From Nitrososphaerota archaeon (GTDB lineage: Archaea; Thermoproteota; Nitrososphaeria; Nitrososphaerales; Nitrosopumilaceae), in NCBI GenBank assembly GCA_028867755.1, contig JAGWFT010000001.1:1124727-1188726 (forward strand): DNA of 64,000 bases, written 5' to 3'. A model generated the notes under the pieces. That model was not told the DNA's origin, did no database searches, and was given only the letters and a program-made list of their open reading frames with translations. Position 1 is the first letter of the stretch, and every line of letters starts with the position of its first letter. Position numbers and translations under genes: made by a program. Shown here piece after piece: positions 1-9,477 of the stretch.

Positions 1-209
1 ACTTCCGAAGGTGTCTTTCCATCTAAACTCATATGCGGTCTGATATAGTTATGATAGATTTGATAACCTGTAAGAATTGGCGTATCGGATTTCTTTAATC
101 CTCTCATAACCTTCTCACGGTCACGAATTTCGCCGTTTAACCTCTCCATCATATTGTTATTCCTATCTCCTTTGAGAGTGATGTGAGATTCATGAACTAC
201 TCTAGGCAT
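1..209 (-). pseudogene. C-terminal fragment of a DDE-type transposase/integrase (IS6-like), runs off the window edge
   Basis: Manual translation of minus strand 209->1: MPRVVHESHITLKGDRNNNMMERLNGEIRDREKVMRGLKKSDTPILTGYQIYHNYIRPHMSLDGKTPSE. It has the NNxxERxN and HNxxRPHxSLxGKTP motifs of integrase-core C-termini. An in-frame TAG lies 8 codons upstream, so the N-terminal part is absent. Confidence 0.7.
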
Positions 210-241
210 TGACTCCGTCAGGTTTAGAGTCTAGTTAGAGT

Positions 242-478
242 TTATGGGATTGTATGGTATTGGCGCCCAGCGGCTCCAAATGCTATAGCACAAGCAACTA
301 CACCTACCACCATAATTACTGCATACTGTTGTGCCGTAGCTAATGGTGTGCATCCAATGTATCCGTAAGCTTGTTCTCCACATGGTTGTTGTGCAAAGGC
401 TAGGTTAGTGCCTGAAATAGCAACTATACCTACCACCGTAATGATTCCAGCCAGTTTTGCGGGACCTAGGTTAACCAC
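242..478 (-). CDS. small secreted/membrane protein (78 aa)
   Basis: Signal-peptide-like N-terminus ending AFA, short Cys-containing loop, C-terminal TM helix. Confidence 0.7.
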   Translation of the reverse strand: MVNLGPAKLAGIITVVGIVAISGTNLAFAQQPCGEQAYGYIGCTPLATAQQYAVIMVVGVVACAIAFGAAGRQYHTIP

Positions 479-639
479 GCCATAAATAGGACACCATAAT
501 ATTTACGCTTTAATTAGAAGCTAGTTTTTCATCAAAACAGGTCACAGGAAATCCCACTAATTTACCAGTGTAATGATTCAGACACTGTTCGACCCATGGT
601 TGATCTTCTTTGTGTTCATTTTAGGTTGAAGAACAAAAA

Positions 640-927
640 CTAACTTTCCATGATTTTGAAAAAATCTGCCATATCTTTTTCAGCAATTAGGTCGTCTCCT
701 AAATGTAATTTGATCTCATCTATAATAGAATTGTAATCTTCCTTGTATACTTCTTTAAGCACAGTTTTTAGATATTCAGGATGTTCGTAACAATCCGTAA
801 TTGTCACGTCGTAATGTGCATTGAGTTTGGCTACTACCAAGTTATAGTCAGTATTTCTCCTCCTCATTAGAACAACTTCTATGCACGATATTAGAGCAAT
901 TTTATGTTGTTCCCCCACGCTCATCAC
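640..927 (-). CDS. Nitrosopumilus output domain (NitrOD)-like protein
   Basis: DCYEHPEYLKTVLKEVY motif typical of thaumarchaeal NitrOD signalling output domains. Confidence 0.7.
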   Translation of the reverse strand: MMSVGEQHKIALISCIEVVLMRRRNTDYNLVVAKLNAHYDVTITDCYEHPEYLKTVLKEVYKEDYNSIIDEIKLHLGDDLIAEKDMADFFKIMES

Positions 928-1020
928 AATTCAATAGAAATTTGTGGTTTTAACTATTTCCAAAAATTAGTCAAATTGACTATGTTTTCTTATATTTTGG
1001 ACAATTAATCCATTATTCAT

Positions 1021-1030
1021 CCCCCCCCCC
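1021..1030. repeat. poly-C homopolymer (C10)
   Basis: Ten consecutive C in an AT-rich intergenic spacer. Confidence 0.95.
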
Positions 1031-1091
1031 AATCTCTACAATTCTCATCTTGGAGTTTAATCTTAACTGATAATTATCAATGATCTTCAGA

Positions 1092-2078
1092 TCATTTTAA
1101 TCCGTTGATTATCAGTGTGATTACAAATGCTACTGATGCACTAGCAGGAATTGTTATTATCCATGCCCACACAATTCGTTTTCCTACACCCCACCTAACA
1201 GCAGATAATCGTCGCACTGCCCCAACACCCATTATACCTCCAGAAATTGCATGGGTTGTACTTGCCGGAATTCCAGCCCAAGCAAGAGTTGCAAGAATAG
1301 TTGCAGCCCCTGTCTCTGCAGAAAAGCCCTGATATGGTCTGAGATTAGTTATTTTCATGGCCATTGTCTTAATTATTCGCCACCCGCCAAAAAATGTTCC
1401 AAGACTCATTGCAGTGGCAGCCATTATGATCACATAAGATGGAATTTCAAATTTAGTTATGACACCTTGCGTGAGTAAGATAAGGGCTATCACACCCATT
1501 GTTTTTTGTCCATCGTTTGCACCATGAGTTAGTGAAAAATATGTAGAAGAAACAAGTTGTAACTTTCCAAAAACAGAATTTACTGTATGCGGTTTTGTTT
1601 TTGCAAAAAACCGCATTATCAACAATGCTACAAGAAAAGATATTGCTAGTCCAGCTATTGGCGAGATCACTATACCTGTCAATACAGTTTGAAGTCCACC
1701 AAAAATCAAGGCTTTAGAGCCCGCCCCTGCAAGACCAGCACCTAGAATGCCACCGACAAGTGCATGGCTACTAGAGGTTGGAAGCCCCAAAATCCATGTT
1801 ATGATATCCCATACTATTGCACCAGCCAGAGCACCTATGATTATGTTAAGTGTGACAAAATCAGGATGTATGATACCTTTTCCTATCGTAGTTGCAACAG
1901 CCACACCAAAAAGAAATGGGCCGACAAAATTTGCAAATGCTGCTATACCAACTGCTGGAAGAGGTTTGAGAATTCTAGTTCCAACAATAGTAGCAATGGA
2001 GTTTGCAGCGTCATGAAACCCATTTAGAAAATCAAAAACTAGTGCAGCTACTATAGCACCTATGGCAAGTCCTATCAT
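1092..2078 (-). CDS. pit: inorganic phosphate transporter, PiT family
   Basis: GFHDAANSIAT and GANDGQK signature motifs, multiple TM helices. Confidence 0.95.
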   Translation of the reverse strand: MIGLAIGAIVAALVFDFLNGFHDAANSIATIVGTRILKPLPAVGIAAFANFVGPFLFGVAVATTIGKGIIHPDFVTLNIIIGALAGAIVWDIITWILGLPTSSSHALVGGILGAGLAGAGSKALIFGGLQTVLTGIVISPIAGLAISFLVALLIMRFFAKTKPHTVNSVFGKLQLVSSTYFSLTHGANDGQKTMGVIALILLTQGVITKFEIPSYVIIMAATAMSLGTFFGGWRIIKTMAMKITNLRPYQGFSAETGAATILATLAWAGIPASTTHAISGGIMGVGAVRRLSAVRWGVGKRIVWAWIITIPASASVAFVITLIINGLK

Positions 2079-2085
2079 ACAAAAT

Positions 2086-2718
2086 CTACGTGTATTTTAG
2101 AACGACGTCTTCTATAGAATCAGCAACGTCAAGACATCTGTCAGAAGCATCTTCTAGTGCCTCGTAGATATCCTTCAGTTTTATAATATTGATAACATCA
2201 GTTGTTTCTAGCAAATCTCCGACAGCCTTTCTGTATACATCATCTGCGTGATGCTCTATCTCGCTAATTGCACGACAGTGTTCTATGATAGATTTGTTTA
2301 CCTTTAGCTTGTTCAGACTTGTAATCATGAGGTTAATCTCCTTTGTAGAGTGTTGAATATCTTGTGCTAACTCCAGCATGTAAGGAGGTGGTGATTTTAT
2401 CTTGAAATTAACAATTCTTCCAGATATGCCTTCAATGTAATCAATAATATCATCAGCTTTTGATGCAATTCTTGAAATATCTTCCCTATCAAGTGGAGTG
2501 ATGAATGTTTTGTTTAGTTCTTCAAAAACAGAGTGTGTCAACCCATCAGCTTCTCGCTCGATCTTTTTTATTTGGGAGTGGTTTTCGTTTAATTTATCGA
2601 AATTAGCAAATATGTCTACGAGCAGCTTTGATGCTTCTTCGGCCTTGCAGGCCAGACCATTTAAGAGTGACAAGATTTCTTTTTCATTTGATTTTATCCA
2701 CGACATCCATTGATTCAT
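2086..2718 (-). CDS. DUF47/PhoU-like phosphate transport regulator
   Basis: IEREAD...TPLDRED and EHHADDVYR motifs; directly upstream of pit. Confidence 0.9.
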   Translation of the reverse strand: MNQWMSWIKSNEKEILSLLNGLACKAEEASKLLVDIFANFDKLNENHSQIKKIEREADGLTHSVFEELNKTFITPLDREDISRIASKADDIIDYIEGISGRIVNFKIKSPPPYMLELAQDIQHSTKEINLMITSLNKLKVNKSIIEHCRAISEIEHHADDVYRKAVGDLLETTDVINIIKLKDIYEALEDASDRCLDVADSIEDVVLKYT

Positions 2719-2851
2719 GTAGCTACTCTAAAATCTCATAGTTAAATGTCTGATGTATATAGCCCACATGATCTATATAGTTAGAAAATTTAATTGCGAT
2801 CAGGCAATTCCAAAAGGCAAATCTACTTGCATACCATAACCTAATTGTAAC

Positions 2852-3781
2852 ATGTTTGCTATTAATGACCTAATAGTACAATACCAATTACGAGGCAAGA
2901 TAGTCCATGCTGTAGATAGAGTCTCCTTTTCTCTTGAGAATAACGAATCATTAGGCATTGTAGGAGAGAGTGCATGTGGAAAAAGCACTCTAGGACTTGC
3001 AATAATCAGGTCTGTCATGGGTGGAAAAATTATTTCTGGAGAGATACTGCTTGATGGACAAGACATATTGAAAATGTCAGACGAAGAATTTACCAAAAAT
3101 ATACGTTGGAAGAAGATAGCCATGGTATTTCAAGGAGCCATGAACTCGCTAGACCCAGTTTTTTCAATCAAGCAGCAGTTCGAGGAGATTCTCAGAACGC
3201 ATGATTATAGTGGAAATCGCCTAGAAATGATAAATGAGGCTATTGCTTCAGTCGGCTTGCCTTCATCTGTATTGAACAAGTTCCCTCACGAACTTAGTGG
3301 AGGCATGAAACAAAGAGCAGTGATTGCCATGGCGTTGCTTTTGAAACCAGAACTAGTAATTGCAGATGAACCTACTACCGCACTTGATGTATTGGTACAA
3401 GCCCAAGTCTTGAGTTTACTTAAAAAACTCAAAAAGGAAGGCATGTCACTTGTGCTGATTTCCCATGATCTTGGAATAATATCAGAGATAGCTGATAAAG
3501 TTGCGATAATGTATGCAGGAAAGATAGTGGAGTTTGGTACTTTGCAAGAGGTTTATTCAAATCCCAAACATCCCTACACAAAGTCATTGCTAGAGTCTGT
3601 ACCAAAAATTAAAGGCAAGTCAGATTTGATGTCTTTGAAAGGAAATCCACCTGACTTGGCAAACCCTCCTGAAGGATGCAGATTTTACGACAGATGTTCT
3701 CAGGCCATGGAAAAATGCAGAAAAGACCCACAGAAAACCAAGACCAAATCTGGGTACGTATCATGTTGGCTCTATGAATAA
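2852..3781 (+). CDS. dppD: oligopeptide/dipeptide ABC transporter ATP-binding subunit (DppD/OppD)
   Basis: Walker A GESACGKS, FPHELSGGMKQR, DEPTTALD, C-terminal HPYT...GCRF..RC oligopeptide-ABC tail. Confidence 0.92.
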   Translation: MFAINDLIVQYQLRGKIVHAVDRVSFSLENNESLGIVGESACGKSTLGLAIIRSVMGGKIISGEILLDGQDILKMSDEEFTKNIRWKKIAMVFQGAMNSLDPVFSIKQQFEEILRTHDYSGNRLEMINEAIASVGLPSSVLNKFPHELSGGMKQRAVIAMALLLKPELVIADEPTTALDVLVQAQVLSLLKKLKKEGMSLVLISHDLGIISEIADKVAIMYAGKIVEFGTLQEVYSNPKHPYTKSLLESVPKIKGKSDLMSLKGNPPDLANPPEGCRFYDRCSQAMEKCRKDPQKTKTKSGYVSCWLYE

Positions 3782-3808
3782 GTAAATAAAAATTAAAAAA
3801 TTCTAAGC

Positions 3809-4723
3809 TTAGTGAGAGTATCTTGTCTGATTAAGACCGTTGCTTGGATAGTATGAATTGTAGATATTGAGTGCATTTTGTAATGCTTGTTGACTTGCGC
3901 TTGCTATTGAAGCATTTCTATCGTTTGAGTTTTGCTCATCGGTAGTTGTGCTAGTAAGACCTGCATATTGTGTAGATTGTATTTCTGTAAGCTTCTTTGC
4001 ATGAATCTCTTGGAATATTTGGATTGCCTTGTTTAATGAATCTGCATGTGCTGCATCTAGTTGACGACCTACAGTGTTCTCGTTAGTAGTACCACCTGAT
4101 TGAAGATTCAGGTAATTAGTGTCAATCTTTGTTATATCATTTACAAGTGCTGTTGCTTGTGCTTCCATAGCATTCCATGTCTTTTCAATTTGAGCTTGTC
4201 TGTCAATAGACTGCTCACTTGTTGTTCCTAGACTTTGTAGATTAGTATAGGCTGCATTTATTTTTGATAATTGTGAGACGATAGCTTCTGACTCGCTCAG
4301 TGATTGATCTGCTGCTTGAGCAATCATAGTAGTTCTGTTTCTTCCTTGCTCATCAGTTGTAACACTAGTCAAGCCTGTATAGTTAGTAGACTGGATATAT
4401 TGAAGCTGTCTGGCATGAATTTTATCAAACTGTGACATGGCATTTTCTAAAGATACCTGTGTTCCTGTAGTCAGGTCACGACCTTTAGTAGTCTCATCTG
4501 TTGTAGTAAAGGCCAGATTAGACCAGTCTCGTTGTGATTCGTTCATATTGTTAAATTGATACTTGTTAGAATAGACCAATGCTGCTCTTTGTTGAGCAAC
4601 AAGTTGTCGCTGAGCAATATCAGACCATTTATCATCCGCAAATACCATCTTACTTAGGTATAGAGAACTTCCGCTTAGGACTAAACCGCTGATCATTACT
4701 ACGGCTAGGAGTTTTACGTTCAC
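3809..4723 (-). CDS. secreted hypothetical protein with ~45-aa internal repeats
   Basis: N-terminal signal peptide (ends VFA); about five repeats of (Y/W)x(N/G)Lxxx(x)TTxExxxxR. Confidence 0.8.
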   Translation of the reverse strand: MNVKLLAVVMISGLVLSGSSLYLSKMVFADDKWSDIAQRQLVAQQRAALVYSNKYQFNNMNESQRDWSNLAFTTTDETTKGRDLTTGTQVSLENAMSQFDKIHARQLQYIQSTNYTGLTSVTTDEQGRNRTTMIAQAADQSLSESEAIVSQLSKINAAYTNLQSLGTTSEQSIDRQAQIEKTWNAMEAQATALVNDITKIDTNYLNLQSGGTTNENTVGRQLDAAHADSLNKAIQIFQEIHAKKLTEIQSTQYAGLTSTTTDEQNSNDRNASIASASQQALQNALNIYNSYYPSNGLNQTRYSH

Positions 4724-4888
4724 GTTTGAGTATCATATATCATAGCCTTTAAAACTTTGCGATAATAGGAATTTGACCAAGTGATCGCCTAATGCCTAAA
4801 TTATTCACCAGACGATCAGGTATGGGATCAGCAAAAAATCCATTTTTCTACGGTTGACCCATGCACACTTACAGTTTTCTTGATATAC

Positions 4889-5872
4889 ATGACAAACGAC
4901 CTAACTGTAGTGGAAGAGATCCTTTCTATAAAAAACTTGAAAAAGTACTTTGTAAAAGGAAGAGAATTTTCTCGCCAAAAAGAGACAATAAGGGCAGTGG
5001 ATGGGATATCATTTTCAATTACACGTGGCCAAACTTTTGTCCTTGCTGGAGAGTCTGGATCAGGTAAGACAACAATTGCCCGTTTGATATTGCGTGCGCT
5101 AGAACCTGACTCGGGTGAGATATTTTTTGACGGCACTAAAATAACTAATGATGTATCAAGTCTAAAAAAGATAAGAACTGAATGTCAAATGATACATCAA
5201 GACCCTTATGCATCAATTGATCCTAGAATGACGGTTCTTGACATAGTAAAAGAACCACTAGACATACATAACATTGGCAAATCAAACAAGAGAAGGGATT
5301 TAGTTTTTGAAGCATTAAGAGATGTGAAATTAGAGCCTGATGAGATTGTTTCAAAATATCCACACATGTTATCAGGTGGCCAAAGACAACGTGTGGCAAT
5401 CGCAAGAGCTATTGCAACAAAACCCAAACTAATCATAGCTGATGAGCCAGTATCTATGCTTGATGTTTCAGTTAGAGTCGGAATTTTGGAGTTGATGAGA
5501 GAGTTGCAAAATAAATACGGAATTTCATTTTTTTATATAACTCACGACTTGTCCACTGCAAGATATGTTGGACAGACGATTTTCATATTATATCTTGGCA
5601 AAATTGTAGAGATGGGCCCTATCAATGACGTATTATCACGACCGCGGCACCCATACACACAAGCATTATTGGATTCTATTTCAGAACCAACCCCAGACAA
5701 TTTACAAAAGGAAAAGAAAATTCGCATCAATGATCCTATTGATATCAATGTGTATCAAGGGTGCAGATTCAGAGCAAGATGTCCGTATGCTATTGAAAAG
5801 TGTAAACAAGAACCCAGTCTTGAACAAATTGATGGTCAGAGATCTGTTGCGTGTTTTGTGGAGATAAACTAG
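4889..5872 (+). CDS. dppF: oligopeptide/dipeptide ABC transporter ATP-binding subunit (DppF/OppF)
   Basis: GESGSGKT, YPHMLSGGQRQR, DEPVSMLD, HPYT...GCRFRARCP; ATG at 4889 preferred over TTG at 4880. Confidence 0.92.
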   Translation: MTNDLTVVEEILSIKNLKKYFVKGREFSRQKETIRAVDGISFSITRGQTFVLAGESGSGKTTIARLILRALEPDSGEIFFDGTKITNDVSSLKKIRTECQMIHQDPYASIDPRMTVLDIVKEPLDIHNIGKSNKRRDLVFEALRDVKLEPDEIVSKYPHMLSGGQRQRVAIARAIATKPKLIIADEPVSMLDVSVRVGILELMRELQNKYGISFFYITHDLSTARYVGQTIFILYLGKIVEMGPINDVLSRPRHPYTQALLDSISEPTPDNLQKEKKIRINDPIDINVYQGCRFRARCPYAIEKCKQEPSLEQIDGQRSVACFVEIN

Positions 5873-8800
5873 TTTGCAACTTCTTGTGGCATGCTAGAAA
5901 TTCTATGTGACACAACATGTGAAACTCCATTTCTTGGAAAGACACCGTAAATCAATTTTGCTTTTTTCACTACAGAATCCTTCAATGACACCATGATAAT
6001 TTGACTTCCTCCAGACCTATCTTCAAGTATTTTGGATAGTCTTTCTGTATTTAGTGCATCCAGGTGAGCATCAACTTCATCAAGAAGATAGAACGGAGAG
6101 GGCTTTAGTTTCTGAAGAGCAAGTAGGAATGTAATTGCAGCAAGTGTTTTTTCTCCACCGCTGATTGATGTTGATTCACGCTTTGGTTTGTTTGGGAATT
6201 GTACCAGATATGAAATTCCAGATGAAAATATGTCATCTTCATTTTGAATCTCAAGCCAAGCATTACCTTCAGTCATCTTGTTGAATATCTCACGTATGTC
6301 TTTATCCACTTTATCATAAGATTCCAAAAATGTTTGTCTCTTGTCTTTGTCTATTTCTTCAATGAACTTTACAATAGAGTTCCTTTCAGATTCGAGTTCA
6401 TTTTTCCTAGTGGACATTGAACGATACCCATTTGAGATCTCAACATATGTCTCAGGAGCCCTTGTATTGAGAGAGCCTGACATTTTTTTCTTTTCAGACT
6501 CTAGTGCTACAAGGATTTGATCGACATCAAATGAATCAAGCATGGCATCATAGCCATATGAGAGAAGGGTTTTGTTAATTCTTTCTTCATTTTCACTAAG
6601 ATCTTTGATATCACGTAATATAGAATCAGATTGCCTTTCCATACTGTTGATTTCTTTTGTAAGTGTACGCTCAGATTCATCGAGAATCTTCAATTTGGCG
6701 TCATATTCTTTGAGTGTGGATACTGAAGTACCAGATGTCGATATCAACTGCTGCTCTTTTTCTCTTAATGACACAAGTAATGCATCAGCACTTTCTTTTT
6801 CCTTTGATAGTGCCCTTGACTGCACATCAAGATCGTGTTTTTCATGGTTTAGCGAGGATTGTTCTTCGGATAGACGACGCATGTTTGCCTTGTGCACACT
6901 TTCTTCATTGGTAAGCTCTGTCAATCTTGCAGTTAGTTCACGAAATTCAGTAGAAATAGTACTTTGTGCACTCAGCAAGGCCGCTCTTTTCTCATTTAAT
7001 GAGGAGATCATGTCAGCAATTCTTGCTTGTTCTTCTTCAGCATAGTTTTCTTTAGTTAGAGATATCCTCTCCTCTAAAGATGCGATATAGGACTCTGTCT
7101 TTGATAGCTCAACTAGAATAGTTTCTTCTCTGCGCCTGAGTTGCAAAATCCTTGATGAAATTTGCTCTAGTGATACAGATATTGTCTTAAATTTTGATTT
7201 AACGTCAGTAAGACTAAGGTCTACGTTTGCAAGCCCAGTCTCTGAAGAACCATACCTACTTTCCAGGCTTCTTGTTATCCTTTCAATTTTCTTTAGTTGG
7301 CCTTTCTTGTTTTGAATGAATTTCTTTAGCAATTCAAGTGATTGTACCAGTCCATCTACAGATGTACTAAGAAGAATTATCTTTGTAAGATTGGAAACTT
7401 TGGAGTTAATGTCCACAATCACAGCACTTGCATCTGCCTCAAAGAATTGACCGTCAAGCGTGACTGCTTTATGTCCTTTTTTTGATAGGGCATACGCTGC
7501 CTCTGTAGAAGAAGCAAGACCTATGCTTCCAAAGATAAAGTTCTTGAGAGACTCTAATCTTTGATCGCATTTTATAAAATCAGAGAGAACTCCAAATATT
7601 CCATCTTCTTGTTTTATTGTTGGCTTGAAATCTGATACGGCATCTAACGGAATAAGCCTAATTTTTGGGAGTTTCTTTTGCTGAGCAAATTCAGCTATAC
7701 CAAGAAGTGTGGCAAAGTCATTTACAACAAGAGCTTTTAGCCAGTCAGAACCAACAGATAAAATTGCTCTCTCATATTGTTTGTCCCAAGAAAGCAATTC
7801 GTAAACAAGGCCTTGGATTCCCAACCTCTTGGAATCCTCTTTTAGTTTTGCGATAGAATAGTCTTCATGCATCACATCTTTTACAACTTTTATTTTTGCT
7901 TCGTATTGTGCAGCAGCTTTGCTTGCTTTTTCAAAAATTATTGTAGTTTCTTCAACATCTTTTTCTATCTTCGCACGCTTGTCACGCAAATCTGATATTC
8001 TTGATTTTAATTCATGAATAACAGACTCGTGACCTTCTTGCACTTGCTTGAGTTTTTGTTCAAAATTGAGCAGTTTTTCTTTTTCATCTGATAATGCTTT
8101 TGCCCTCAGTGAGTTTTGATCAACTTTACTTTGAATGTCTAAATGTTCTTGTTCTAACTTTGAGCTGGAAAGTTTTGCTTCACTTAGTGTAGCGGTAAGA
8201 TTTCTTACTTTTTCATCAACTTTTAGCTTGTTACTTGTAACCTGAGATTGTTGCTTTAAAGTTTGATTGATCTCAGAGTCAACAGACGTAAGATCAGTGT
8301 TAGTACTCTTTTTTGATTCGTTAACAGCGTTAATAGAATTTTTCAATTCTAAGACTTGAGATTCTAAAATAGAACGCTTTTCGTGCAGTCCTGTCAGTTC
8401 AGTTTGAATTTCTGGCAACCTGGTCTCTATTTGTGCAGTTCTCCTTGCATCTGTAGCCAACTTGCTATTTGCCGCTTCTGATTGGTGCATTGCAACAGAA
8501 AGTTCAGAGTCAATTGAGGCCTTTGCAATATTATACGCATTGACTTCTTCCATGAATTTTTGTTTCTCTTCTTCGAGTTTTTTTATCTCATCTCTTAACT
8601 GGACACGTTGTTCGTCAAGTTTTTTAGATTCAGACTGGATAGCGTTAAAACTTCGTTCTTTTGACACTTTTTGAGTATCAATGTCTCTAAGCTTGTTTGA
8701 GGCCTGAATGGCATAGAGTCTCTTTAGTTCACGGTCTAGAAAGTCATATCTTAGTTGGCTGTTTCTTTCCTCTTCGAGCTCATCAATACGCTTCTTAATC

Positions 8801-9396
8801 TCATCCATTCTTGCCAGTGCAATCTCCAGTCTTCTATCGGCCTCATCTAGTTGCTTTAACGCCTCTGTCTTTTTCTCGTCAAAATAGGCAAGCCCTATAA
8901 TATCTTCTATTATTCGTCTTCGCTCTTCTGCATTAAATTCGGAGATTCTAGTGATTGTACCCTGTTGTACAATATTCAATTTGTGAATACCGCAATTTGC
9001 TATCTCCAAAAGATCTAAAATATGGTTTCTTAGCACCTTTTTTTGGTTCAAATAATAGATATTTTCCCCTGATTCGTCCATCTCTCTTGTGATTGTTACA
9101 GTGTTAGAGTCAACTGGTATCTTTCGATCAAAATTATCAAAGTGACAGCTAACTCGTGCTATCTTTGCACCATGGTGTGCATTATCTACATCATGTAATA
9201 GCGAACGTAATTTGTCTACTCTCATAACCTTTGGTGCATTTTCACCTAGAGCAAACGAGATTGCATCAAGAATGTTGCTTTTGCCAGATCCGTTGGCACC
9301 AGAAATAGCTACAAGACCGGGTTCAAAGTTAACTATACTGTTTTTGTACCCAAATGATTTGAATCCAAAGATCTCCAGCTTGCGTATATGAACCAA
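5869..9396 (-). CDS. smc: chromosome segregation protein SMC
   Basis: FKSF, GANGSGKSN, long coiled coils around a central hinge, ISGGEK signature, LDEVDAHLD; 1175 aa. Confidence 0.97.
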   Translation of the reverse strand: MVHIRKLEIFGFKSFGYKNSIVNFEPGLVAISGANGSGKSNILDAISFALGENAPKVMRVDKLRSLLHDVDNAHHGAKIARVSCHFDNFDRKIPVDSNTVTITREMDESGENIYYLNQKKVLRNHILDLLEIANCGIHKLNIVQQGTITRISEFNAEERRRIIEDIIGLAYFDEKKTEALKQLDEADRRLEIALARMDEIKKRIDELEEERNSQLRYDFLDRELKRLYAIQASNKLRDIDTQKVSKERSFNAIQSESKKLDEQRVQLRDEIKKLEEEKQKFMEEVNAYNIAKASIDSELSVAMHQSEAANSKLATDARRTAQIETRLPEIQTELTGLHEKRSILESQVLELKNSINAVNESKKSTNTDLTSVDSEINQTLKQQSQVTSNKLKVDEKVRNLTATLSEAKLSSSKLEQEHLDIQSKVDQNSLRAKALSDEKEKLLNFEQKLKQVQEGHESVIHELKSRISDLRDKRAKIEKDVEETTIIFEKASKAAAQYEAKIKVVKDVMHEDYSIAKLKEDSKRLGIQGLVYELLSWDKQYERAILSVGSDWLKALVVNDFATLLGIAEFAQQKKLPKIRLIPLDAVSDFKPTIKQEDGIFGVLSDFIKCDQRLESLKNFIFGSIGLASSTEAAYALSKKGHKAVTLDGQFFEADASAVIVDINSKVSNLTKIILLSTSVDGLVQSLELLKKFIQNKKGQLKKIERITRSLESRYGSSETGLANVDLSLTDVKSKFKTISVSLEQISSRILQLRRREETILVELSKTESYIASLEERISLTKENYAEEEQARIADMISSLNEKRAALLSAQSTISTEFRELTARLTELTNEESVHKANMRRLSEEQSSLNHEKHDLDVQSRALSKEKESADALLVSLREKEQQLISTSGTSVSTLKEYDAKLKILDESERTLTKEINSMERQSDSILRDIKDLSENEERINKTLLSYGYDAMLDSFDVDQILVALESEKKKMSGSLNTRAPETYVEISNGYRSMSTRKNELESERNSIVKFIEEIDKDKRQTFLESYDKVDKDIREIFNKMTEGNAWLEIQNEDDIFSSGISYLVQFPNKPKRESTSISGGEKTLAAITFLLALQKLKPSPFYLLDEVDAHLDALNTERLSKILEDRSGGSQIIMVSLKDSVVKKAKLIYGVFPRNGVSHVVSHRISSMPQEVAN

Positions 9397-9477
9397 TGAA
9401 ATCGGTGGTTTGACATCTGAAATAACAGATTATTGACAAGTTTCATTGACTAGGCTAACAATAATTACAATGTGTGT

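Noticed and set aside
6572-8674. Plus-strand ORFs inside smc (e.g. 6572..7045)
   Set aside because: Ser/Leu-rich antisense shadows of a coiled-coil gene
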